Shown here: in pieces, positions 32,358 to 41,166 of the stretch | Layout of the letters: each line of letters starts with the position of its first letter | How positions within the stretch are numbered: position 1 is the stretch's first letter | Assembly: GCA_963662665.2 (NCBI GenBank) | Contig: CAXXJS010000028.1 | Location: 64,001-128,000, forward strand | DNA from: Candidatus Latescibacterota bacterium | Lineage (GTDB): Bacteria > Latescibacterota > UBA2968 > GCA-2709665 | DNA: 64,000 nt | Direction of reading: 5' to 3' | The notes under the pieces: model-generated | The model's input: only the letters and a program-made list of their open reading frames with translations | Told to the model about the DNA's origin: nothing | Databases searched by the model: none | Made by a program: the position numbers and the translations under genes

Positions 32358-33212
32358 ATGAGCGAAGACACGCGAACCGGGCATTTGCAGGCTGAAAGTA
32401 AACTGGCGCAGCTCGAGAACCTCCTCGAACGAATGGGGAGCGCGGTCGTTGCGTTCTCAGGAGGCGTGGACAGCACGTTTCTGGCTGCCGCGGCTCACAG
32501 GGTGCTTAAATCGAAAACGCTGGCGGTAACGGCGGTTTCGGCCAGCTACGCTACAGGCGAACTCGAGAACGCGCAGGCTCTCGCGGCCCGGATTGGAATT
32601 TCGATGGAAGTGGTCCACACCCGGGAAATGGAGAATCCCGACTACGTAAAAAACGAATCCGATCGATGTTATCATTGCAAGACGGCGCTGGCGGACAAGC
32701 TGGATGAAGTCCTCGAAAAGTATGTGGGACGGTACCGATTTCTGATTTACGGGGCCATCGCGGACGACGTGGGTGACTTCAGGCCGGGTATGACGGCGGC
32801 CCGGGACCGTGGCGTGCGGGCGCCGATGGTCGAGGTGGGCCTGACAAAAGAGGAGATCCGGCATTTGTCCAGAACCTGGGGATTGCCCACGTGGGATCAG
32901 CCGGCGTCTGCTTGTCTGTCATCCCGCATATCCTATGGAACGCCCGTGACCGTGGAAGCGCTGTCGATGGTTGACCGGGCCGAGGCTTTTCTCAAAACGC
33001 TCGGTTTCAGCCTGGTCCGGGTGAGGCACCATGACGATATCGCCCGCATTGAAGTTCCTCGCGAAGAGATCGGCCGGTTTTTCCTGGAAGGACTCGTCGA
33101 CCGGGTTGTGGCGCACTTGAAGGAAATCGGATATCGGTTCGTCACGGTGGATATGCAGGGATACCGGAGCGGGAGTCTGAACGAAACGTTACTGAATATT
33201 CGGGACAGGTAA
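32358..33212 (+). CDS. larE: ATP-dependent sulfur transferase, LarE family
   Basis: PP-loop AFSGGVDS, RCYHCK, DFRPG, SACLSSRI, VRVRHH, GYRSGSLN. Confidence 0.9.
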   Translation: MSEDTRTGHLQAESKLAQLENLLERMGSAVVAFSGGVDSTFLAAAAHRVLKSKTLAVTAVSASYATGELENAQALAARIGISMEVVHTREMENPDYVKNESDRCYHCKTALADKLDEVLEKYVGRYRFLIYGAIADDVGDFRPGMTAARDRGVRAPMVEVGLTKEEIRHLSRTWGLPTWDQPASACLSSRISYGTPVTVEALSMVDRAEAFLKTLGFSLVRVRHHDDIARIEVPREEIGRFFLEGLVDRVVAHLKEIGYRFVTVDMQGYRSGSLNETLLNIRDR

Positions 33213-33254
33213 ACGTCACGGCTGAAGCGTGACAATGTACACGGAACCTGAAAA

Positions 33255-33848
33255 ATGGCATTTCTCGAGATAAAGAAATTCGGCTGTCCGATACTCAGAA
33301 GGAAGGCGCGGCCGGTTGAAGCGATTACGCGGGAGGTGCGGACCCTTGTGGACGATATGTTCGAGACGATGTATGCGGCGGAGGGGATTGGGCTTGCGGC
33401 GCCCCAGGTGGGTGTAAACCTGCGTGTGGTGGTTCTGGACGTGAGCCCCGGTGATCCTGAGTGCGAACCAACGGTATTGATCAATCCGGAATTGAGTGAG
33501 GAAGAGGGCGAGGTCGTGGGCGAAGAGGGTTGTCTGAGTATACCGGGTATTGTGGGAGACGTCAGTCGCCGGGCAACGGTCCGGGTGGATGCCCTGGACC
33601 GGGACGGCAACGAGTTCAGCGGTATGATGACGGATATTGCGGCCCGGGCGGTTCAGCACGAGGTAGATCATCTGAACGGCATTCTGGTCACGGATCATTT
33701 CAGCGCAATCAAACGGAATCTTCTGCGCAGCCAACTCGTCGCATTGAAACGACAAGGCAGCCGCCAGAAGCAGGGGCTGACCCGCCTGGAAGCAATTCGC
33801 CCGTCAAACGCGGTCGGCGGCCCGGATGAAGCGAAGGCCGGGCCATGA
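33255..33848 (+). CDS. def: Peptide deformylase
   Basis: GIGLAAPQ, EGCLS, QHEVDHLNG. Confidence 0.97.
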   Translation: MAFLEIKKFGCPILRRKARPVEAITREVRTLVDDMFETMYAAEGIGLAAPQVGVNLRVVVLDVSPGDPECEPTVLINPELSEEEGEVVGEEGCLSIPGIVGDVSRRATVRVDALDRDGNEFSGMMTDIAARAVQHEVDHLNGILVTDHFSAIKRNLLRSQLVALKRQGSRQKQGLTRLEAIRPSNAVGGPDEAKAGP

Positions 33849-34675
33849 ACCAGCGTGTTGACCTGCATCTGCACTCGACGTGCTCCGACGGGACATTCAC
33901 GCCTCGGGAAGTCGTGCGTCGGGCCGCAGACGCCGGACTCGCCGTGATCAGTCTTACGGATCACGACTCAACCGACGGTATTGCGGCGGCAAAGGAGGAA
34001 GGCGCACGGTTGGGTGTCGAGGTGGTACCGGGAACCGAGTTGAGCGCCCAGGCCGGTGGAACCGACTTACATATTCTGGGGTATTTCATTGACCCCGATC
34101 ATCCGGACCTGATCGAATGCCTTGCCGCCTATCGCCACGCAAGGATGCGCCGGGCGGAACGAATTGTGAAAAAGCTGAACTGGCTGGGATTGCGGGTGTC
34201 CATGGATAAGGTGCTTGCCAAAGCGGATTCCGGTTCGATCGGACGTCCGCACATTGCCGACGTGATGTTGGAAGAAGGCCTGGTTCTGTCGGTTGACGAA
34301 GCGTTTCACAAATACCTGGGGTATTCCAAACCGGCATACGAAAGCAAATATTCGCTTTCGCCGTACCGGGCAATCCAGGTCATCAGGTCTGCGGGCGGGC
34401 TGGCCTGTCTTGCGCATCCGGGCCTGTACCGCAGGGACGATCTGATTTCTCCAATGGTCGCTGATGGCATGGACGGCATCGAGGTCCGGCATACAAAGCA
34501 CAACGCCTCGCTCGTCGCACGATATTCGAAGATCGCGAAGGAGAACAACCTTCTATGTACTGGAGGTTCGGATTGCCACGGCGACGGCAGGGGAGATCCG
34601 GTGATTGGAACCGTGGAGGTGCCGCTGTCCTGCGTGGAGGCGATGCGAGAGCGCTTGATTACAAGGAAAGGCTGA
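33845..34675 (+). CDS. PHP-domain phosphoesterase (TrpH/YciV-like)
   Basis: DLHLHSTCSDG, LTDHD, HILGY, GRPHIA, AHP, GGSDCHG. Confidence 0.9.
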   Translation: MNQRVDLHLHSTCSDGTFTPREVVRRAADAGLAVISLTDHDSTDGIAAAKEEGARLGVEVVPGTELSAQAGGTDLHILGYFIDPDHPDLIECLAAYRHARMRRAERIVKKLNWLGLRVSMDKVLAKADSGSIGRPHIADVMLEEGLVLSVDEAFHKYLGYSKPAYESKYSLSPYRAIQVIRSAGGLACLAHPGLYRRDDLISPMVADGMDGIEVRHTKHNASLVARYSKIAKENNLLCTGGSDCHGDGRGDPVIGTVEVPLSCVEAMRERLITRKG

Positions 34676-34695
34676 TAGCTGGCCAGGCAGGATAG

Positions 34696-35736
34696 ATGGA
34701 AATACGGGCGCTCGGCACGCGCAATACGTTTCGTGACTCTGGATGGGGCGAGCAAATGCGGTCGGATAGTGCATTTTTGGACGAAGACCGGTCCGATCTC
34801 TATTTCCTGAATACCCGCGACGTGTTGGCGCGGGAGGAGATCGATCCGGTTGTTACGATGGAGGTGTTTCCCAACGGGGACGGCACGCTTTGCGGCATGA
34901 CCGAGGTGCTGGAGAACCTGGCAACGGTGTGGCCTGAGGACGCGTCCGTGTGGGCGCTTGACGAGGGCGCGGCGATGTCGCGGAAAGAAGTGGTACTCCG
35001 GATTCGGGCGCGTTACAACAGCTTCGGTATCTATGAGACCGCCTATCTCGGTACGCTTGCCCAGAAAAGCGGTTGGGCGACGGCGGCACGGTCGTGTGTG
35101 GCGGCCGCCGGGGGCATTCCGGTAATCAGCTTCGGTGCGCGCCACGTCCATCCCGCGGTTTCGGATCACATGGAATATGCCGCCATCGTGGGTGGCTGCT
35201 CCGGATGCGCCACACCCGCGGGGGCCAGGCTGGCCGGGCAGGACGCGACGGGCACCATGCCGCATGCACTGATGTTGATTATGGGAGACACGGTCGCGGC
35301 GGCGCAGGCCTTCGACCGGCACATGCCGGAATCGATCCGGCGGATCGTGTTGGTGGATACGTTCATGGATGAAGCGGAGGAGAGCGTTCGGTTGGCCGGG
35401 GAAATGCGAGGCCGGTTACCTGGCGTGCGTTTGGACACGCCCTCTGAACTCGGCGGCGTGACCCCCGATCTCGTGAGTCGGGTTAGAAGCAGGCTGGATG
35501 GCGCCGGGCATCCGGAGGTGAAGATATACGTGAGCGGCGGGATGACGCCGGAACGCATCCGTGAATTCGTAGACACCGGATCCGCGGTGGACGGGTTCGG
35601 CGTGGGCAGCGCAATCAGCGGCGCGTCCCCCATCGACTTTACATCCGATATCAAAGCCGTCGGAAGGCAGTCTGTGGCGAAGCGGGGGCGGAGGCCGGGG
35701 GTAACGGAGAACACCAGGCTCAAACGAGTGCGTTGA
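34696..35736 (+). CDS. pncB: Nicotinate phosphoribosyltransferase (short type)
   Basis: DLYF, SFGARH, GTMPHA, LVDTF, VRLDTP, VSGG, FGVG, KRG; start uncertain. Confidence 0.85.
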   Translation: MEIRALGTRNTFRDSGWGEQMRSDSAFLDEDRSDLYFLNTRDVLAREEIDPVVTMEVFPNGDGTLCGMTEVLENLATVWPEDASVWALDEGAAMSRKEVVLRIRARYNSFGIYETAYLGTLAQKSGWATAARSCVAAAGGIPVISFGARHVHPAVSDHMEYAAIVGGCSGCATPAGARLAGQDATGTMPHALMLIMGDTVAAAQAFDRHMPESIRRIVLVDTFMDEAEESVRLAGEMRGRLPGVRLDTPSELGGVTPDLVSRVRSRLDGAGHPEVKIYVSGGMTPERIREFVDTGSAVDGFGVGSAISGASPIDFTSDIKAVGRQSVAKRGRRPGVTENTRLKRVR

Positions 35737-35789
35737 CGAAACAAGCCCTCCGCCGGCTGACTTTCCGACCAAAGGGGTGGAGACGGAAC

Positions 35790-36044
35790 ATGGAGGTCAG
35801 GGTCTTGTTTTTTGCGTCGTGCAGGGATCTTGTTGGAACACGGGAGGCATTGATATCGATACCCGAGCGTGCCTCCGTGGCCGACCTTTTGGCGCGGCTG
35901 GCGGTGGATCATCCCCGGTTGCGGGAAATGGAAGGCAGTTTGATGGTGTCGGTCAACCAGACGTACGTGGACAGGTCCCGGCGTCTTGATCATGGGGATG
36001 AGGTGGCGTTTATCCCGCCGGTAAGCGGGGGAAGTACAGGCTGA
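35790..36044 (+). CDS. moaD: MoaD/ThiS sulfur carrier with C-terminal extension
   Basis: VRVLFFA, SVNQ, GDEVAFIPPVSGG followed by STG. Confidence 0.9.
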   Translation: MEVRVLFFASCRDLVGTREALISIPERASVADLLARLAVDHPRLREMEGSLMVSVNQTYVDRSRRLDHGDEVAFIPPVSGGSTG

Positions 36045-36082
36045 ACGTGTTGCAAGAAGCCAAACGCAGGAGGCAAGACCGC

Positions 36083-36535
36083 ATGTCCGGTAATCTTTAC
36101 CGAATCCAGGAAGACGCCATACCTGCCGACGCGCTGCACGACGTTGTGCTGAGGGATTCGGATGGGGCGGTCGCGACCTTCGCCGGGGTGGTGCGGGACC
36201 ATGCGATGGGCCGCCGGACGGAATACCTGGTGTACGATGCATATAAAAAAATGGCCGAGAAGAAGATGGAGGAGATTGGCCGGGAGGTGAAGGAGAAGTG
36301 GGACGTGGATCGTGTGGGTATGCTGCATCGGGTGGGGCGATTGGAGATCGGTGAGACCAGCGTCTTGATCGCGATTTCCGCGCCGCATCGAAAGGCGGCC
36401 CTGGAAGCCTGTCACTACGCGATTGACCGTCTCAAGGAAACGGTGCCCATCTGGAAAAAGGAAGTATGGACGGACGGGGAGGAGTGGATCGAGGGCGATC
36501 CTTCGTCGCCGGAGCAGGCAGCCGGGAAGACATAG
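36083..36535 (+). CDS. moaE: Molybdopterin synthase catalytic subunit
   Basis: GAVATFAGVVR, HRVGRL, SAPHR, LKETVPIWKKE. Confidence 0.95.
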   Translation: MSGNLYRIQEDAIPADALHDVVLRDSDGAVATFAGVVRDHAMGRRTEYLVYDAYKKMAEKKMEEIGREVKEKWDVDRVGMLHRVGRLEIGETSVLIAISAPHRKAALEACHYAIDRLKETVPIWKKEVWTDGEEWIEGDPSSPEQAAGKT

Positions 36536-36689
36536 AGTCGACCCGACTGGAACGCGACGCGGCCGTGAACTCAGTGGGTTGGGGGCACGGCTGTTTTGTT
36601 GGACGGGCAAAGGACAGAACATAAGAAAATATCAGTATTAAAAACCACATCTCCCCAGATTCCCTGCCTACGGCGTGTTCCTTGAAACC

Positions 36690-36757
36690 GGGGAGACGTG
36701 AGATGAAAGAGGGTAGAGATTACCTGCCTCGTGAGGTCTCTTTTCGCGCCGGAGGCA
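36690..36757. repeat. 68-bp dispersed repeat, inverted partner at 43757-43824
   Basis: 58/68 identity by manual count; internal TGCCTC..GAGGCA hairpin. Confidence 0.75.
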
Positions 36758-36830
36758 GGTTCTCCACGCTCTATAGTACAACATCTCTATCGGAACGAAC
36801 CTCGTGGGATCTTTTCTTGAGTACGGTTGT

Positions 36831-36975
36831 GGCGCGGGGGGTTTTTCCGTGCAAATCCGTCCAGCACCGGAGCGTTGGAACACCTGACGGGCTTGAAGGT
36901 CACCGGATTTCCGTTAGTGCCGCTGAGGTGATTCACGGAAAAACCGGCCCCCCGCCGAGGGGCGCGGTTCTTTTT
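36831..36975 (+). ncRNA. Candidate structured RNA with overlapping intrinsic terminator
   Basis: GGTTTTTCCGTG/CACGGAAAAACC closing stem, internal CTGACGG/CCGTTAG stem, then a hairpin and TTCTTTTT. Confidence 0.4.
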
Positions 36976-37045
36976 GGTCCTTTTTCTTACGCGCATAAGA
37001 AAAAGGACGAAGAAAAAATGAAAATAGAGAGAACGACTGAGGGAA

Positions 37046-37942
37046 ATGACCTTACAGTCCAGGAGCAGAACCCAGCATCTGGTTTTCCCGCGTTCCCCGG
37101 GCCTTCGCTCTCTGCCAGGAATCGCTCTGGTCTTATTCGCTGCGTCGGTTCTGACGAATCCACTTGCGATCGATCAGGTTGCGGCCCGGCAGGCGTCGCC
37201 CGATACTCGAGCGTCATCACGCGCGGACTCGACCGCCCGGCAGAAGCCTCGACAGTACACGTACCGCGTAATACGTTCGTATCCGCACGATCACGGCGCG
37301 TTTACGCAGGGCCTTGTCTATGAGAACGGTTTCTTTTACGAGGGAACGGGGCTCTACGGGCGGTCGTCGTTGCGCAAGGTCGATCCTGAAACCGGCGAAG
37401 TTACGCGGATGCAGCCGCTGGAATCGAGGTATTTCGGCGAAGGAATTACCATTTTTGGAAATCGCATCATTCAGTTGACCTGGGTGGCGCGGACCGGCTT
37501 TGTCTACGATAAGGAAACTTTCGAACGCGTGCGGTCGCTCACCTATGCTACCGAGGGGTGGGGGATTACCCACGACGGTCGGTGGTTGATCATGAGCGAT
37601 GGAACGCCGACGCTGTATTTCAGGGATCCGGTGACGTTTAAGGAGGTCGGGCGGATTGAGGTACGGGACAATATGGGCCCGGTGACCCGGCTGAATGAAC
37701 TGGAATACGTTGAAGGCGAAGTCTACGCCAATGTCTGGGAAACGGACCGGATCGCCAGGATCGACCCTGAATCAGGCAGGGTAGTGGGCTGGATCGACCT
37801 GACCGGGTTGCTTGCCGGGCGGGACCGGCTTGCCGTGGACGCCATGTTGAACGGAATCGCTTATGATCCGGCGGAGAAGCGCCTGTTCGTGACCGGAAAA
37901 CGATGGCCTAAGCTGTTCGAGATTGACGTGGTGCCCCGATAA
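37046..37942 (+). CDS. Glutaminyl-peptide cyclotransferase (type I, beta-propeller)
   Basis: YPHD..FTQGL, EGTGLYG, FGEG, QLTW, EGWG, NELE, ANVW, LNGIA, TGKRW. Confidence 0.93.
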   Translation: MTLQSRSRTQHLVFPRSPGLRSLPGIALVLFAASVLTNPLAIDQVAARQASPDTRASSRADSTARQKPRQYTYRVIRSYPHDHGAFTQGLVYENGFFYEGTGLYGRSSLRKVDPETGEVTRMQPLESRYFGEGITIFGNRIIQLTWVARTGFVYDKETFERVRSLTYATEGWGITHDGRWLIMSDGTPTLYFRDPVTFKEVGRIEVRDNMGPVTRLNELEYVEGEVYANVWETDRIARIDPESGRVVGWIDLTGLLAGRDRLAVDAMLNGIAYDPAEKRLFVTGKRWPKLFEIDVVPR

Positions 37943-38014
37943 AGTTGTAGAGTCGTTCTGCGCACGGGCTGCCAGGGCCCGTGGAGACATTCGAGGCGCG
38001 GCGCAAGCCGTGCC

Positions 38015-39049
38015 TTATTTGTTGAGGCGCCATTTGAGTAGCGTGCCGACGTCCATCAGGTAGGTGTGGTCTGTCTTTTCCTCTTCTGAGCGACTCTTAA
38101 GGGATTCGATTCTGGCCGTAATGGAACGGCAGAGGCCGTTGAGAATATTGGTCGGCACGTTCAGGCGGTTGCGGGTCTTGTAGAAGGCCCGGATGAGTTC
38201 GGCCCTGGCGGGGCCCGCAGTGCCCACAGGGTTGCCGTCACCGCCGAGACGGAAGTCCCGGTCATATTCCCAGCCGTTGAAATAATCCCCCGCAGGCGTC
38301 TGAAGGAAGGTGGCGAAATTGAGGGCGGCGCACAGGCGGGACCTGAGAGACTTCGAAAAGGAATGGTCCCGCGGGAGGACGTCGTACAGGGAAGCGAGGC
38401 CATTGGCCGTAATGGATTGATAGCCGACGTGAAAGTTGTGACCCGGCCATCCGCCCCGTGGGAGCTGCGCGAAGAAGACGCCGCCCCGGGTCCGCCAGAT
38501 TGCAGTGTTCAGGTACTTTTCCTCTCCGGTGAAATCATACAGGAGGGAGAGGAACCAGAGGGCGAATGCATCGTAGTTGTTGTTTCCCGTAAAGGGGCAG
38601 GTCGTCGTCCAGTCGGCGGCCCTTCGAACGGCATTGAGGTATTTCTCTTCGCCCGTAACGCGAAAACCCTCTACCAGCGCCAGACCTGCCCAGCCCGTGT
38701 CATAGAAGTTATCGCGCTGGTTCATCACGCCGCCGGGGACGGCTTTGTACCACCAGCGGAAGGCGCCGTTCTCGTCCTGCTCGGCAAGGAGATAATCCAG
38801 GCCGCCGACAGCCAGCTTCCGGTATTGCTCGTCACCCAGCGCTTCGTAGCCGTACAGATAACCCAGGATGACGTTCGCGGGCCAGCGGTACGCGGGTTTT
38901 TCCGCATCGGGGACCGTACCCCAGCCGCCGTCCGGATTGCGGCAGAGCTCACAGGCCGTATGCGCCGTATGAAACGCCGCTGCCAGCGTATCCGGGTCAA
39001 CCCGGTTCAAAGTTGGAGGAAGCGTCGACAATGCGGTCGCGAGGCGCAT
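38015..39049 (-). CDS. Hypothetical alpha/alpha-barrel protein
   Basis: Repeated 'TGEEKYLN.A', 'Q..NG.F' and 'Q..RGGW' helical motifs; start uncertain. Confidence 0.65.
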   Translation of the reverse strand: MRLATALSTLPPTLNRVDPDTLAAAFHTAHTACELCRNPDGGWGTVPDAEKPAYRWPANVILGYLYGYEALGDEQYRKLAVGGLDYLLAEQDENGAFRWWYKAVPGGVMNQRDNFYDTGWAGLALVEGFRVTGEEKYLNAVRRAADWTTTCPFTGNNNYDAFALWFLSLLYDFTGEEKYLNTAIWRTRGGVFFAQLPRGGWPGHNFHVGYQSITANGLASLYDVLPRDHSFSKSLRSRLCAALNFATFLQTPAGDYFNGWEYDRDFRLGGDGNPVGTAGPARAELIRAFYKTRNRLNVPTNILNGLCRSITARIESLKSRSEEEKTDHTYLMDVGTLLKWRLNK

Positions 39050-39404
39050 CCGGGAAACCGTCGGGCAGGCGGCGTCCGGGCACAACCACCTCGAAGGACT
39101 CGGTGGCGATAGCCCGGATATCCTGCAGTTCCGTGAGGACCTGCGCGGTGACGAGATAGGCGCCCGGATGAAGGTCGGACTCGAGATTGAAGTGGAACGG
39201 GAGAACCGTGTGCCCGCCGTCGAGGTCCCGTTCTACCTCCCGCAATGAGAACCGCGTGGCGCCGAGAGGATCGTTGATGGCGAACCGGACGCGGACCATC
39301 TGTTTGTCCAGCCCGATCACGTGGATGTCGATGGAGATCCGCTGGCCGGGAACAAAGCCGAAGCTCTTGTCGGGAATGGAAATGAGGAGATATGGCTCGG
39401 ACAT
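38997..39404 (-). CDS. Hypothetical beta-sandwich-like protein
   Basis: Alternating beta pattern, PGAYLVTA..FEVV; overlaps the next gene. Confidence 0.55.
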   Translation of the reverse strand: MSEPYLLISIPDKSFGFVPGQRISIDIHVIGLDKQMVRVRFAINDPLGATRFSLREVERDLDGGHTVLPFHFNLESDLHPGAYLVTAQVLTELQDIRAIATESFEVVVPGRRLPDGFPDAPRDRIVDASSNFEPG

Positions 39405-39452
39405 ATCGGAAGGTCCTTCAGGCGCACCTGGCGTCTCGACGGATCTGGATAG

Positions 39453-41128
39453 TTACGTTACCGGAATGACGGGCAGGAGAATATGGGATGGATATTGTCT
39501 TGAGTGATAAACGGTCTGATTGGCCTGGCGCATTTCGGTTTCGCTTGCCAAAGAGCCGCCCGTATTGAGATTGCGGTCGAACCTGGGAAAATTCGAAGAC
39601 GAGATCTCGAGACGGATGCGGTGGCCTCGCTGGAACACGTTTCCCGTGACGCCCAGGTCGATCTCATAGGCGTAGACGTTGTCAGGTTCGAGCAGGGACG
39701 GGCTGGTGAAGCCTTCCCGAAAACGGGCCCTCAGGATGCCGTCGCAGAGGTTCATGGCGTAACCGGAGGGGGACACGTCCACCAGTTTGGCGGTCCAGTC
39801 CGTGTCCGTGCAGTTGGTAGCGGCGTAGAGGACGCCCTTGACGGGTCCCGTGACTTCCACGTCTGATTCCAGAGGGTCGCTGGTGTAACAGAGTACGTCG
39901 CTGCGCATTTCCACCGGTCGCTGGTCCTGCGGCCCCCACGGGACGATATGGGGGGAGCAGCAGTTGTTTCCGCCCATGGTCGGCGCAGGGTAGCGGGGAT
40001 CGTACGTGTAATGATCGGGGTGTTCCTGTCCCGGGGTATCAGTCGACAGGCACCCGTCGCCAAGCAGCGTATTGGCATGCCCGGCAGAATGCAGGTGCCA
40101 TTTCTGCCATTGGGTTCGCGCGAGGGGCCACTCGTATTCATCCCGCCACCGGTTGACCCCCATGATGAACAGCCTAAGCGGCGGTTCGTCCGCGATGCCG
40201 TTGTCGATGCCCTTCAGCCAGTAGTCGAACCAGCGTTGTTCCAGGCTTTCCAGGTCAACCATGGACGGCGCACCGAAATCGACGTCGCCGGTTTTCGACG
40301 ACGTACTCAGCGCGTGCGGCCACGGTCCAATGATGAGTTTGCTCTTCTTTGCCTCTTCCGTGGCGCCATTCAGGCGAAGGCCGTTGAAGTTGCTGAAGGT
40401 CTGGGCGGCATAGAGGTCGTACCAGCCGCCCATGTTGAACGCCGGCGCGATAATTTCACCCCACCGGGTTTCGTCGTTGAATTCCTCCCAGTAATCGTCG
40501 TAAACGTCGTGTTCGACCCAGTCTTTCCAGAAGTCGACGTCGCGGCCCGCGTGTTCGTCCATTCTGTCGAGCGGCAGCGCCCGAAAGGCTTCGGTCCAGT
40601 TGTGAAACTCAATAGTCTGGCCCGTGCGGGCGTTGGTGCGCATACCCCAGGTCAACATTACGTTCAGTTGGAACGCGCCGCCGGGATGGACGAGCCCGGT
40701 GTAGTAGTCGGCGCAGATGACCCGCGGCGTCATGCATTTGAGATAACGACTCCCATACGGCGCGCTACGCCATTGTACGGCGCCGCCGTAGGAGCTGCCG
40801 GCCATCCCGATGCTCCCGCTGCACCACTCCCGGTCCCCGATCCACTCCTGGGTGTCGTACCCGTCTTCACCTTCCCGAAACGCATAGTAGGTCCCTTCGG
40901 AGTCCCAGCGCCCGCGGCAGTCCTGAAGGACGCATGCGTATCCGTTATTCGCCAGCCGCCGGGCTTTTTCGACCATCCCGTCGGCGTTATTGCTGTATGG
41001 GGTGCGCATGAGTACCGTGGGAAATCTTCCCCGGCGCGAGGCAGGTAGATGTCCGCCGAGAGGTTGATCCCGTCGCGCATCGGCACGTTCACGTCCAGTT
41101 GCATGTCTACATCGTAGTTGGGCTGCAT
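39453..41128 (-). pseudogene. CocE/NonD family hydrolase with one frameshift near 41030
   Basis: N-terminus VPMRDGINLSADIYLP is in one frame; PTVLMRTPY, GSSYGG, GWYD, GPWPH and SSSNFPRFDRN are in another. Confidence 0.85.
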
Positions 41129-41166
41129 CGATTTCCTCGAATTTGAGGGTCTGTTCCTGCGGCAAG

